Source of the DNA: Oligoflexia bacterium
Lineage (GTDB): Bacteria > Bdellovibrionota > UBA1018
NCBI GenBank assembly: GCA_963758495.1
Contig: CAVWVI010000003.1
Location: 1,344,001-1,408,000 of the forward strand
Reading direction: 5' to 3'
DNA length: 64,000 nucleotides
The translations under genes were made by a program, and so were the position numbers. Of this stretch, positions 9,472-19,080 are shown piece by piece; position 1 is the stretch's first letter; each line of letters opens with the position of its first letter. Below the pieces are notes generated by a model, which was not told the origin of the DNA, made no database searches, and saw only the letters and a list, made by a program, of their open reading frames with translations.

Positions 9472-12260
9472 GGAGAACTTCGGATCTCTTCTAACGCCTT
9501 TTCAACTTCGTATCTAACAACGAAATCAGGATCTTTCAAATGTTCAGTCAGTGCATGGGCTATCGCTGGATCACTTGGCTTGAGAATTCCCAATATCCTT
9601 GCAGCACACCATCTCACCCGGGAAGTAGAGTCCTTCAATTGCTCAACCAATATATGATAAAAAACTGGATCACTCGGCTTGATCTCCCCCAATGCATAGA
9701 TCACTGCATATCTAACACTGTTATCAGGATCTTTCAGATGTTCAGCCAGTGCATGGGCTATCGCTGGATCACTTGGCTTGAGAATTCCCAATATCCTTGC
9801 AGCTACCTCTCGAACCATGGAGGCAGAGTCCTTCAATTGATTAACCACTGTATGATAAAAAACTGGATCACTCGGCTTGATCTCAATCAACGCCTTTTCA
9901 ACTTCATATCTAACAACGAAATTAGGATCTTTTAGATGTTCAGCCAGTGTATGGGCTATCGCTGGATCACTTGGCTTGAGAACTCCCAACATCCTTGCAG
10001 CTTCCTCTCGAACCCGGGAATCAGGGCACTCCAATTGTTCAACCATTTTACGATAAAAAGCTGGGTCCTTTATCTTGAGATCACCCAACCTAAGCAAGGC
10101 GCCAAAAGCTCGTACAATTTTTCCAGAAGGTTTGAACCTCGGATCGCTGATCTGTTGGGCTAATTGATTATAATACTTCAAAAACGGAGCACTCTGTGAA
10201 ATGGCTTTTTTATCTGAGTCTTTCAGTGCAGACAAACTTACCCCTTGAGGATAGGGCCTGTCACTTTCCTTGATATCCTTGATAATGAATTCCACAGTCA
10301 AATTGATATTTTGATTCGAATAGGGGTCTTGACAATAAACAATGCCAGGATAGAGGAAAGAGAGATGATTTTCCAAGTAGTTTGAATCCATTCCCAACTC
10401 AGAGAACAAAGTCTGAACTTGGTATCGGTAAGCCTGTACGCTCAGAGGACTGCCTGCTTTTTCCGAGCATTTCTTCAATAAATCATCAGTCAATTCAATA
10501 AAATATTTAAGATTGATCTTCGATCGGACTTTCTGAATTTGAGCCACTTTCTGCACGATCTCGCTCCGTCCTGACTTGTTCAGATCCAACAGAAACTCCA
10601 CAATATCCGAATTTTGAATCTCACTTAATGACTTAGAAAGAATTCGTGTATCGGAAAGTCTTTCATATTGGACGGACAACTGACTTGACTTTTGATCCGA
10701 GAATTTCAAAACCACTCCGTGCCGATTGTTTTTCATGTGATCATACTGGCCACTATTCAACTGACTTTTATACCCTTCGATGACTTTCCTGAGGGCAGTA
10801 TCCTGATATTGAATGGGGAGGAGAGGCTTCTGTTGAGTGTATGTTTCATAAACTCCCCGAATTTCTAAGAAATTAATTAAGTCTCTCACTTGAGAAGGTT
10901 CTGGAAGTAAAATATTTTTTACACCCAGCTGAGCTTTTGCCCGCTCCAAAGCTCTTAAAACTAATTCAGTATCCGCTGCATTCACCCGATTTCCGCTTAT
11001 CGTAACAATATAGAGAGAGGGCTCGCCCTGAACCCTCACTTCCGTACTACTCACATAGCCTTTGAGTTGGTCCTCTGAATCGTAAATAAAAAACACTCGC
11101 TCGTGAGGGTCATTGGGATAGGGAAAAGAATATTGTGAAGAACAATCTCCACCCGGGCATCCCCGAAAGATCCCTACCGCTGGAGGAACCTGAGTCAGCC
11201 GAATTTTTTCAGTTGCCCTTTGAATTTCTCCCTCGGTCTGTTGGGCATAAAATTCAATACCTTTGAAAATGGCCTCAATTAATTGGGACTCAAGTGCTGG
11301 GAGTGCCGAAAGTGAAGATTGAGCACTCATCGCAGGAACTTGATGAGAGATTGAACTCCTCACCAAAGGAGCTAAGGCATCTTGTTTATCCAGAAAAAAC
11401 TCAAGGTCTTGTTCATTCAGTTGATTCAAAGAATCCTCGGCGGCCTTCCAAGATTCCCAGGGTATTTCATCTGCATGCTCTGCTTGTCCAGGACGGTGAA
11501 GAACCACTTGTAAGGCAGACAAGGAGATCAGTTTTTCAACCTCGGACAAAGATTGGATCGCGCGTTCCAGATGTTCTTTTGTAACGGCATGAGGCTTGAC
11601 TGGAAACTGATCATAGAGCTCTAGCGCCAAAGCCAGCCTGCCTTTCAGATCCAAGTCTTTAGCTTTTCCAATTTTTTCATTAAAGAGTGCCTGGTTTTGT
11701 TTTTCCCTCCCAAACTCTGCTAAAAGACGACCGAATTTCTTACCTGAGAGATTCAAAAAGTCCCCAGAATCTTCCAAACTCTCGACAATTTCATTGATCT
11801 GAGAGTTCACTACTTTTTGAGGAGAAGACACTCCCCTTTCGACGCTCAACTCCGCCTTCAATTTTTGGAAAGTTTGATTGAGCTGGCTCTTCCATTGCTG
11901 GATGGCCTCTCGCTTGATCTTTCGAGTGCCCACCTCCAAACCTCCCGGAGGAGGGGTTACGGTAATTTCGTCATAGGATTTATTCTCGAATGCATGAAGG
12001 TATTTGGGATTCGATTTCAACCTTTCTAATAACTGTGTCTCATCGTCAAGCAATGAGAAAAGATCGATGTCGTACTTTGCTGCATCGCCAAAAAGCTTGG
12101 GAATCTTCTGTTTGATCTCAATCAGGAAAGCGAGTTTCTCCCCATCTGTCTTGAGAGAGGGAAGTTGAATGGAGTCTGACCCTGGCCCAGCCCAAACGGA
12201 AGAAAGAAAAGGAATGGATAAGAGTAAAATCCAACCTGACGCCACAAGTTTGGTTCTCAT
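9468..12260 (-). CDS. Secreted HEAT/PBS-lyase repeat protein, copy B (930 aa)
   Basis: Paralog of 5076..8405 in inverted orientation; different HEAT repeat array and no unique C-terminal tail. Confidence 0.88.
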   Translation of the reverse strand: MRTKLVASGWILLLSIPFLSSVWAGPGSDSIQLPSLKTDGEKLAFLIEIKQKIPKLFGDAAKYDIDLFSLLDDETQLLERLKSNPKYLHAFENKSYDEITVTPPPGGLEVGTRKIKREAIQQWKSQLNQTFQKLKAELSVERGVSSPQKVVNSQINEIVESLEDSGDFLNLSGKKFGRLLAEFGREKQNQALFNEKIGKAKDLDLKGRLALALELYDQFPVKPHAVTKEHLERAIQSLSEVEKLISLSALQVVLHRPGQAEHADEIPWESWKAAEDSLNQLNEQDLEFFLDKQDALAPLVRSSISHQVPAMSAQSSLSALPALESQLIEAIFKGIEFYAQQTEGEIQRATEKIRLTQVPPAVGIFRGCPGGDCSSQYSFPYPNDPHERVFFIYDSEDQLKGYVSSTEVRVQGEPSLYIVTISGNRVNAADTELVLRALERAKAQLGVKNILLPEPSQVRDLINFLEIRGVYETYTQQKPLLPIQYQDTALRKVIEGYKSQLNSGQYDHMKNNRHGVVLKFSDQKSSQLSVQYERLSDTRILSKSLSEIQNSDIVEFLLDLNKSGRSEIVQKVAQIQKVRSKINLKYFIELTDDLLKKCSEKAGSPLSVQAYRYQVQTLFSELGMDSNYLENHLSFLYPGIVYCQDPYSNQNINLTVEFIIKDIKESDRPYPQGVSLSALKDSDKKAISQSAPFLKYYNQLAQQISDPRFKPSGKIVRAFGALLRLGDLKIKDPAFYRKMVEQLECPDSRVREEAARMLGVLKPSDPAIAHTLAEHLKDPNFVVRYEVEKALIEIKPSDPVFYHTVVNQLKDSASMVREVAARILGILKPSDPAIAHALAEHLKDPDNSVRYAVIYALGEIKPSDPVFYHILVEQLKDSTSRVRWCAARILGILKPSDPAIAHALTEHLKDPDFVVRYEVEKALEEIRSSP

Positions 12261-12310
12261 ATGGATTAATTATGAATTTAATCAGCTATGAATACGAGAA
12301 GATTGATTTA
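10066..12310 (-). repeat. Right arm of ~2.2-kb inverted duplication
   Basis: Reverse complement of ~5026-7225; outer boundary coincides with the deoxynucleoside kinase stop codon. Confidence 0.92.
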
Positions 12311-12949
12311 TTTCAAAAACAGATCCCGTTGATCCAGAGCTTCAATAATACTTTTATTGAGACTTTGAAAATCAGTTGGACTCTCAATGAAATCTAATTC
12401 ATCGCTTTCAATAATGATTTTTTTCCCCAAAAGATAACTACTCATCCAATCGTCATAGTAACGGTTTAAATTACTAAGGTATTCGTCTGGAATGTTCTTT
12501 TCGAAATCTCTACCTCGTAATGCAATTCTCTTTTTGAGTTTAGGTAGGGACTTTCTTAAATAAATAATGAGATCGGGTGGTGTTAAAAACTGGCACATCA
12601 CCTGATAGAGTTCGAGATAATTTTTATAGTCTCGTTCCTCCATATGGCCTTGCTCATAGAGGTTACGAGCAAAAATATTGGCATCTTCGTAAATACTACG
12701 ATCTTGAATTGCGCTACTCGTGCCTTGACTGACATTTTGATGCGCTTGAAACCGATTGGTCAGGAAAAAAATCTGTAATGGAAACGACCATCGGCTCATA
12801 TCCTTATAAAAATCAGTAAGATAAGGATTATCACTCACTGCTTCAAAATGAGCTACCCAACCAAAACGCTTAGAAAGCATATTGGTTAAAGTTGTCTTTC
12901 CTGTTCCAATATTTCCTGCAATTGCGATAAAAATTTTTTCACTCGCCAA
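12308..12949 (-). CDS. Deoxynucleoside kinase (dNK family)
   Basis: IAIAGNIGTGKTT P-loop, QDRSIYED, PDLIIYL, RGRDFE; TTG start at 12949 after GGGGAG RBS (ORF track starts 13030). Confidence 0.92.
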   Translation of the reverse strand: MASEKIFIAIAGNIGTGKTTLTNMLSKRFGWVAHFEAVSDNPYLTDFYKDMSRWSFPLQIFFLTNRFQAHQNVSQGTSSAIQDRSIYEDANIFARNLYEQGHMEERDYKNYLELYQVMCQFLTPPDLIIYLRKSLPKLKKRIALRGRDFEKNIPDEYLSNLNRYYDDWMSSYLLGKKIIIESDELDFIESPTDFQSLNKSIIEALDQRDLFLK

Positions 12950-13075
12950 ACGACACTCCCCCTTTAAACAGATGTATTTTTTGACATAGAACCTTACAAG
13001 GGTCGAAGTCAAGAATGGATTTGCACTCAAGGGGCCAATCCGGTAATTCAGGTAGATAAAGAGAAGGATTTAAAT

Positions 13076-14206
13076 ATGTCGCAAATTCCAGAGAACGCAA
13101 ACAAAGGCTTGGAAAATGTCATCGCCTGCACCAGTGAAATCAGTACCATCCATGATGTTACATTGATTTATCGTGGATATACGATTGAGGATCTCTCCTC
13201 CCTCTGTGGTTTTGAAGAAGTGATCTACTTGCTATGGTATGGAAAACTTCCCAATGCCAATGAATTGAGTCAATTCAAAGCTCAATTGAATGCTCAGATG
13301 GTGTTGCCGCAAGAACTCATGCCAATACTTGAATCAATTGCTAAGCTAAATGCTCACTCAATGGCAAAACTCAGGACTGCCGTGTCCTATTTTGGAATGC
13401 TTGACTCAAATGCTGACGATATTTCTATTGAGGGGATTCGCAATAAAGCAATTAGCTTAACTGCGGCCATTGGTCCGATTGTCGCTGCGATTTCTCGGCT
13501 GGAACAAAAACTAAAACCCATCGCACCTACCCCTGGCAAGACGCTAGCCTGGAATTTTTTAAATATGATTCAGGGAAAAGAACCGAGTGCTGAAGAAGAG
13601 AAGCTCATGGACACGGCCCTCGTTCTTCACGCAGACCATGAACTCAATGCCTCTTCTTTTACAGCAAGAGTAGTGGCCTCAACCACGAGTGATTATTATA
13701 GTGACATCACTGCTGCAATTGGCTCCCTAAAAGGCCCTTTACATGGCGGCGCCAATGAACAGGTGATGCTCATGCTCCGTGACATTGGATCTTACAGCAA
13801 AGTAGATGCTTTCATTGAAGATGCCGTCCATTCTAAAAAGAAAGTCATGGGAATTGGGCATCGTGTCTATAAGCACGGCGACCCAAGAGCCAGGATTTTA
13901 AAAGAGCTTTCTTTACAAACCTGCAAAAAGGCAGGGCTAGAAGATTACCATCGCATGCTGACACGGATTCAGGAACAGATGGAGGCAAAGAAAGGCCTCA
14001 TGCCAAACGTCGATTTTTATAGTGGCTTAGTCTACACAGCGCTAGGCCTGCGCCCAAGAGACTTCACACCTATTTTCGCTGTCAGCCGAATTTCAGGCTG
14101 GACCGCTCAAGTACTTGAACAATACGCAAATAATCGTATTTATCGCCCTAGAGCCTTTTATACGGGACCTGTTGACTTAAAAGTTAAACCTCTGAATGAG
14201 CGTTAA
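13076..14206 (+). CDS. Citrate synthase / 2-methylcitrate synthase family (short type)
   Basis: KGLENV, LHADHELNAS, GPLHGGANE, MGIGHRVYK, PNVDF. Confidence 0.93.
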   Translation: MSQIPENANKGLENVIACTSEISTIHDVTLIYRGYTIEDLSSLCGFEEVIYLLWYGKLPNANELSQFKAQLNAQMVLPQELMPILESIAKLNAHSMAKLRTAVSYFGMLDSNADDISIEGIRNKAISLTAAIGPIVAAISRLEQKLKPIAPTPGKTLAWNFLNMIQGKEPSAEEEKLMDTALVLHADHELNASSFTARVVASTTSDYYSDITAAIGSLKGPLHGGANEQVMLMLRDIGSYSKVDAFIEDAVHSKKKVMGIGHRVYKHGDPRARILKELSLQTCKKAGLEDYHRMLTRIQEQMEAKKGLMPNVDFYSGLVYTALGLRPRDFTPIFAVSRISGWTAQVLEQYANNRIYRPRAFYTGPVDLKVKPLNER

Positions 14207-14221
14207 GCCCTTCCCGAGGAG

Positions 14222-14274
14222 TGTTGACAAGCACTACAAGGATTCCTGGCGCAACAGGAATCCTTGTAGTGCTT
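14222..14274. repeat. Perfect 20-bp inverted repeat (REP/MITE-like; may act as bidirectional terminator)
   Basis: aagcactacaaggattcctg-gcgcaa-caggaatccttgtagtgctt preceded by tgttgac; homologous to 61903-61981; between convergent genes. Confidence 0.85.
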
Positions 14275-15310
14275 ACTGTAATTGATCTAAACGGCCCTGA
14301 ACTACCTGCATTAACCTTTGAATTTCACCTTTGATTTCATAAGTAGGACGGCTGAGGTCCAAGCTTAATTCACTTTCAAATCGAGGTGAGTTAGAAGCTT
14401 CTTTCTGATCTAATCGGCTCATTGCAAGTTGTAATTCTTTCCTAGCTGACCACAGTTCCTTTGCATCAGGGCGAGCTGATTGAAGTCGAAACTTGGCTAG
14501 GTTGATCATACTCAAAATATGAAAGGGGGATACTCTGACATCCCGTTCTAAAAGCCGGATTGCCGAAACAGTTTGCCCCAGAGATGACAAAACTTCAGAT
14601 AACCACACAGATGCGATCTCCGACCCATGAAGTTCGCTATTAGCTTCGCGGAGTTCAACAAGAGCATCCCTGGCTGCACCCCGTTGTTGTAGAGCTCTAC
14701 CCAACCACAGCTTGATTTCAGGTTCATAGGGATTCAATTTTTTTGCATATTTTAAACGCTCAATGGCATTGTCAAAATCATTATCAAATACCAAACTTTG
14801 TCCTAAGCGAATTAATATTTCAACGTTCGCGGGTTCAGTCATCAGAGTCTTTTCAAACTTCTCTTTTGCATTTCTATACTTTTTTCCAATCAGTAAATTT
14901 AAACCATCTTGATAAATTTCGAAGGATTTATTTGTGAGAAAAAGTCTGGAGCTAACACGGATTCTTTGGACTAATAGAAGATGCTGGGGCAGAGAAGTCC
15001 AATTCATGGCTTGACTCATCAAAGTCAATGCCTCTTCGCGTTGATTTGAGTAAATCAAAGCTTCAGAAAGCCCCAGTACGACCGGTAAAGATTTTGGATT
15101 ATTTCTCAATAGAGATCTAAATGCAGTCGCGGCCTCATCCCACTTATATTTATTTAAGAGACTTTTAGCTTCAGAGTAGGCACGATTTGCCGTGTCTTCG
15201 CTTTGGGATACCGGACTTTGGGGTACGGGACCCAACTTCCGTAGATCCGCCCCAGCTAATGTTGGACTTCCAAATGAAGTCAATAAAATTAAAATTCCAA
15301 AAAAGATCAT
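14273..15310 (-). CDS. Secreted TPR-repeat protein
   Basis: Likely start MIFFGILILL at 15310 (signal peptide); TPR-like helices (A..LNPYEPE..LWLGRAL). Confidence 0.8.
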   Translation of the reverse strand: MIFFGILILLTSFGSPTLAGADLRKLGPVPQSPVSQSEDTANRAYSEAKSLLNKYKWDEAATAFRSLLRNNPKSLPVVLGLSEALIYSNQREEALTLMSQAMNWTSLPQHLLLVQRIRVSSRLFLTNKSFEIYQDGLNLLIGKKYRNAKEKFEKTLMTEPANVEILIRLGQSLVFDNDFDNAIERLKYAKKLNPYEPEIKLWLGRALQQRGAARDALVELREANSELHGSEIASVWLSEVLSSLGQTVSAIRLLERDVRVSPFHILSMINLAKFRLQSARPDAKELWSARKELQLAMSRLDQKEASNSPRFESELSLDLSRPTYEIKGEIQRLMQVVQGRLDQLQ

Positions 15311-15366
15311 AGACTGAGGTTTCTCGACACAATTATCCAAACAAGATAAACTTAGTTTATTGAAGC

Positions 15367-16671
15367 ATGCATAAACTTCGAACTTTGCCATTAAACCGCA
15401 TTAAACCGAATACAGCACAGGTTGTCAAACCTCCATTTTCTCCACGACGGGGTCTCAAGGTATACCTTTATCTTATATTCATAATACTGGCTTTAAATAC
15501 TGCCCCAATCAAAGCAGATGAACCTACGCTGAGCGAATCTGAACCCATACCGACTCCACAAATTACCCAAGAGCCCAAAATACCCGAATCATCCGAATCG
15601 TCCGAATCACCCAAATTACCAAAATCAGAAGACGACATGGAGCATCTCCCCAAAATCGAGGCCAACACTTATGAAATAACCGTATTACAGCGAAATAATG
15701 CTAATAAAATTTACAAATTTCAGAACAATTCAAAAGACGAGCCAGGCATAGGTCGCATCTTACTCCTCAAAAAGAAGGAAGACCCCGTCATGGCCTTTCG
15801 AGTCTTAGAAAACTACTCTGACCAAAAGGCTTTTGCAGCAAAACGCATCAAACGTTATGGCGATTTCCAAATTTTAGAGAATAATGAATCATTCACCGCC
15901 GTTGAAAAAGTGGGGGACCTCGAAGACCCAAGCGCCTTGAATCGCAAAACTGCTTCGAATCCTGCCCCTGTTCCGTCTCCTAACCCTTCCCTCCCTAGCC
16001 CTAGCCCTAGCCCTTCCCCTAGCCCTTCTTCGTCCCCTAACCCTGCTCAGACTCCTGAAACACCCGAAAATCCCGATCCTAAACCCACTGTCTCCAAACC
16101 TGAACCGACAGCAGAAGAAGCTGAAGAACCACCGGACGAACTCGAAGATCAAATGGCTCTGGTCGTTCCAGACACTCGTAAGATTGATACTCACTCTCAA
16201 TGGTTAACTGCGGGATTTGGTTTTGTTCAAAATAATAACACCCCAAGTGCCGGCGGCTTGCATTCGTTTGCTGCAGGGAATGCACGGTATGCCATTACGG
16301 TAAAAGAATTACCCTTCTTTAATAAACCCAATCTCCAAGACTCTATTGCAATTGAAGGGGGCTTTTACGTTTATAAAGCCATTAATTACACTAGCGTAGC
16401 CGCTGCTGATTCCTATACTTTGCTCGGCATTACCGGCACAGTCCGCTATAACCTTCTCTTTAGCGAAAGTTTCGGAGCATTCGTATATGCCGGTATATTG
16501 CAAAATAATGTGATTGCCGCAAACCTGTCACAGGCCAGCGCCTTGTCCTCTTTAAATTCAATATTCCCAGCATTTGGTACAGGACTCTTGTTTCAAATAG
16601 GTCCAAACTGGTATATCCGATGTGATCTTGGATACGATGCCATTAATGTGAACCTTCTTTTACGATTTTAG
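15367..16671 (+). CDS. Exported protein with Pro/Ser-rich linker and C-terminal outer-membrane beta-barrel
   Basis: Hydrophobic signal segment, (PS)n linker, amphipathic beta strands, terminal Phe (NLLLRF); start uncertain. Confidence 0.7.
   Translation: MHKLRTLPLNRIKPNTAQVVKPPFSPRRGLKVYLYLIFIILALNTAPIKADEPTLSESEPIPTPQITQEPKIPESSESSESPKLPKSEDDMEHLPKIEANTYEITVLQRNNANKIYKFQNNSKDEPGIGRILLLKKKEDPVMAFRVLENYSDQKAFAAKRIKRYGDFQILENNESFTAVEKVGDLEDPSALNRKTASNPAPVPSPNPSLPSPSPSPSPSPSSSPNPAQTPETPENPDPKPTVSKPEPTAEEAEEPPDELEDQMALVVPDTRKIDTHSQWLTAGFGFVQNNNTPSAGGLHSFAAGNARYAITVKELPFFNKPNLQDSIAIEGGFYVYKAINYTSVAAADSYTLLGITGTVRYNLLFSESFGAFVYAGILQNNVIAANLSQASALSSLNSIFPAFGTGLLFQIGPNWYIRCDLGYDAINVNLLLRF
15958..16050 (+). 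repeat. Low-complexity (Pro-Ser)n coding repeat (cctagc/ccttcc units)
   Basis: NPAPVPSPNPSLPSPSPSPSPSPSSSPNP. Confidence 0.7.
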
Positions 16672-16677
16672 GAGTCT

Positions 16678-16872
16678 ATGCGTCACTCCCTTATATTACT
16701 CCCCTTAGTGTTATTGACTGTGGTCCTCCCTTGTATTTCCTGTGGTGTAAAAGGACCGCCATTGCCTCCCATCCCCACTATCCCACAACAATCAGAAGCT
16801 CAGAGGCAACCGCCTATCGCTCCAAAACCTCTCCCCAGCAATACTCCTACACAACAGGAAGAATCAGAATGA
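16678..16872 (+). CDS. Small lipoprotein of LppL/LptM (YifL)-like family
   Basis: CGVKGPPLPP after signal peptide; AGGAG RBS; directly upstream of lysA with ATGA overlap. Confidence 0.75.
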   Translation: MRHSLILLPLVLLTVVLPCISCGVKGPPLPPIPTIPQQSEAQRQPPIAPKPLPSNTPTQQEESE

Positions 16873-18161
16873 CTTCACCCTTACAGTTTTTTTCATATAA
16901 AAAAGGAATACTCACTTGTGAAACTATTTCCTTACTTGAACTTGTAAAAATAACGGGAACACCCTCATACATCTATTCATCCAAAGGATTCCTAGAACCC
17001 CTTAAAGCTTTGCAAAAGGGGCTCATCGGTTTAAATCCAACGATCTGTTTTGCGCTCAAATCCAATTCAAACATCGCGATTTTAAAATTACTTGCAGACG
17101 CAGGAGCAGGAATGGATCTTGTCTCTGGAGGAGAGCTTCACCGTGCAAGCCTTGCAAAAGTCCCTGCCGAGAAAATTGTTTTTTCGGGCGTGGGAAAAAC
17201 AACTGACGAAATGGCGATGGCTCTACGATATCAGGGAACCGGAATTTTTTCTTTCAATATTGAGTCCATCCAAGAACTCATGAAGCTGAATCAAACCGCG
17301 ATTGCACTGAAGTGTAAAGCACCCGTTGCCCTCCGCTTTAATCCAGACGTAGATGCAAAAACACATCCCTATATTTCAACAGGTTTAAAAAAAAATAAAT
17401 TTGGAATGCAAAAAGCAGATATTTTGAAAATCACCCATCAGCTCCATGAGCTTAAAGGGATTGAACTCAAAGGAATCAGTATTCATATAGGGAGTCAATT
17501 GCTTTCTCTTGCACCTTTGAATGATGCATTTACACGCGTTCGCCTCTTAATAGACGAGCTAAATGCCCACCTTTCCATCCCTCTCAGTTTCGTGGATCTA
17601 GGGGGTGGAATAGGCATTACTTACAAAAGCGAAAAGCCTCCCAGTCTCAAAAATTATTGCGAACTCATTCACCGGCATTTTGGTAAAAAATCAAAACTCA
17701 AAACACCTCTTAAAATTTTAGTTGAACCCGGAAGAACCATTGCTGGTAATGCAGGCATTCTGCTCACTCAAGTACTGTATCGAAAAGAACAGTCTAAAAA
17801 GGATTTCTTAGTCGTAGATGCTGCAATGAATGATTTGATTCGACCTGCATTATACCAAAGTTACCACGATATTATTCCTATAAAAAAACCCCTCAAAAAG
17901 AGTGGGAAAAGGAAAATGAACGTGGTGGGTCCGGTTTGCGAAAGCAGCGATTGCTTTGCTCAAAATCGCCTTCTCCCTGCACACCTTCAAGGCGGTGATT
18001 TCTTGGCAATTCTTTCTGCAGGGGCCTATGGCTTCACGATGGCTAGCAATTATAATAGCCGACCCAGACCACCGGAAATTTTAATTCACCAGGGAAAATT
18101 CACTCTGATTCGTAACCGGGAAACCTATGATGATTTAATACGAGGTGAACAATTAGAATAG
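16869..18161 (+). CDS. lysA: Diaminopimelate decarboxylase
   Basis: FALKSN PLP lysine, HIGSQ, DLGGG, EPGR, GPVCESSD, GAYGFTMASNYNSRPRP; ATG at 16869. Confidence 0.96.
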   Translation: MTSPLQFFSYKKGILTCETISLLELVKITGTPSYIYSSKGFLEPLKALQKGLIGLNPTICFALKSNSNIAILKLLADAGAGMDLVSGGELHRASLAKVPAEKIVFSGVGKTTDEMAMALRYQGTGIFSFNIESIQELMKLNQTAIALKCKAPVALRFNPDVDAKTHPYISTGLKKNKFGMQKADILKITHQLHELKGIELKGISIHIGSQLLSLAPLNDAFTRVRLLIDELNAHLSIPLSFVDLGGGIGITYKSEKPPSLKNYCELIHRHFGKKSKLKTPLKILVEPGRTIAGNAGILLTQVLYRKEQSKKDFLVVDAAMNDLIRPALYQSYHDIIPIKKPLKKSGKRKMNVVGPVCESSDCFAQNRLLPAHLQGGDFLAILSAGAYGFTMASNYNSRPRPPEILIHQGKFTLIRNRETYDDLIRGEQLE

Positions 18162-18180
18162 TTATGCTAAGTCCATTACT

Positions 18181-19080
18181 ATGCAAGGCGTTTGGACTGC
18201 TCTCATTACCCCCTTCAATGAAAAAAATGAAATTGATTTGCCTGCCTTTAAAAAAATCCTCCAGGATCAAATTCAAGCTGGCGTATCGGGTGTAATTCCC
18301 TGTGGAACGACGGGTGAATCTCCCACCTTGAGCACCGCTGAAAAGAAAACTCTCATTCTTACAACACTCCAAGAGGTCAAGGGAACTGGCTTAAAAGTAG
18401 GCGCAGGAACAGGTAGTAACAATACGGCTGAATCCATTGAATTTTCTGTTTGGGCATCACAACAAGGAGTCGATGCCGTATTGCTCGTCTCTCCATACTA
18501 TAACAAGCCATCACAGGCTGGCCTTGAAGCTCATTTTCGCGCCATCGCTGATGCAATCCAATGCGAAGTCATTCTTTACAATGTTCCAGGTCGCACTGGA
18601 GTGAGTATGACTGCTGAAACTATTGTTAGCTTAGCGTCGCACCCTAGAATTAGAAGCATAAAAGAAACAACAGGGAACGTTGCATTTACGAGCGAACTTC
18701 TCAGAGAACTTTCTTTAAATGACTGCAAAATGGATATTTTATCAGGGGATGATGTCCTGTTTCTTCCATTATTGAGCATAGGAGCTGTGGGCGTCATCTC
18801 TGTGGCAAGTAACCTATTTCCAAGAGCCATGATTGCTCTTCATCAAGCTGTTAAAACCGGCCAGCAAGAAGAAGCACTCAGACTTCATAATCAGTATTAT
18901 CCTCTCTTTAGGGATCTCTTTATTGATGCGAACCCTATCCCCATCAAACATGCGATGTCGGTTATGGAAAGATGTCATTCCAGAGTTCGACTTCCTTTGG
19001 TCACCCTCAGTGAAAAAAAGGCCAAGACACTTGAATCTGCATTAATTCAGTGCAAAATTTACCCAGGGAGTCTCGCATGA
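18181..19080 (+). CDS. dapA: 4-hydroxy-tetrahydrodipicolinate synthase
   Basis: TALITPF, GTTGESPTL, PYYNKP, LYNVPGRT, IKE, SGDD, NPIPIK. Confidence 0.96.
   Translation: MQGVWTALITPFNEKNEIDLPAFKKILQDQIQAGVSGVIPCGTTGESPTLSTAEKKTLILTTLQEVKGTGLKVGAGTGSNNTAESIEFSVWASQQGVDAVLLVSPYYNKPSQAGLEAHFRAIADAIQCEVILYNVPGRTGVSMTAETIVSLASHPRIRSIKETTGNVAFTSELLRELSLNDCKMDILSGDDVLFLPLLSIGAVGVISVASNLFPRAMIALHQAVKTGQQEEALRLHNQYYPLFRDLFIDANPIPIKHAMSVMERCHSRVRLPLVTLSEKKAKTLESALIQCKIYPGSLA

Noticed and set aside
9540..10163. Repetitive antisense ORFs (MFSQCMGYRWITWLEN...), also 7128-7723
   Set aside because: Shadows of the HEAT-repeat coding sequence on the opposite strand
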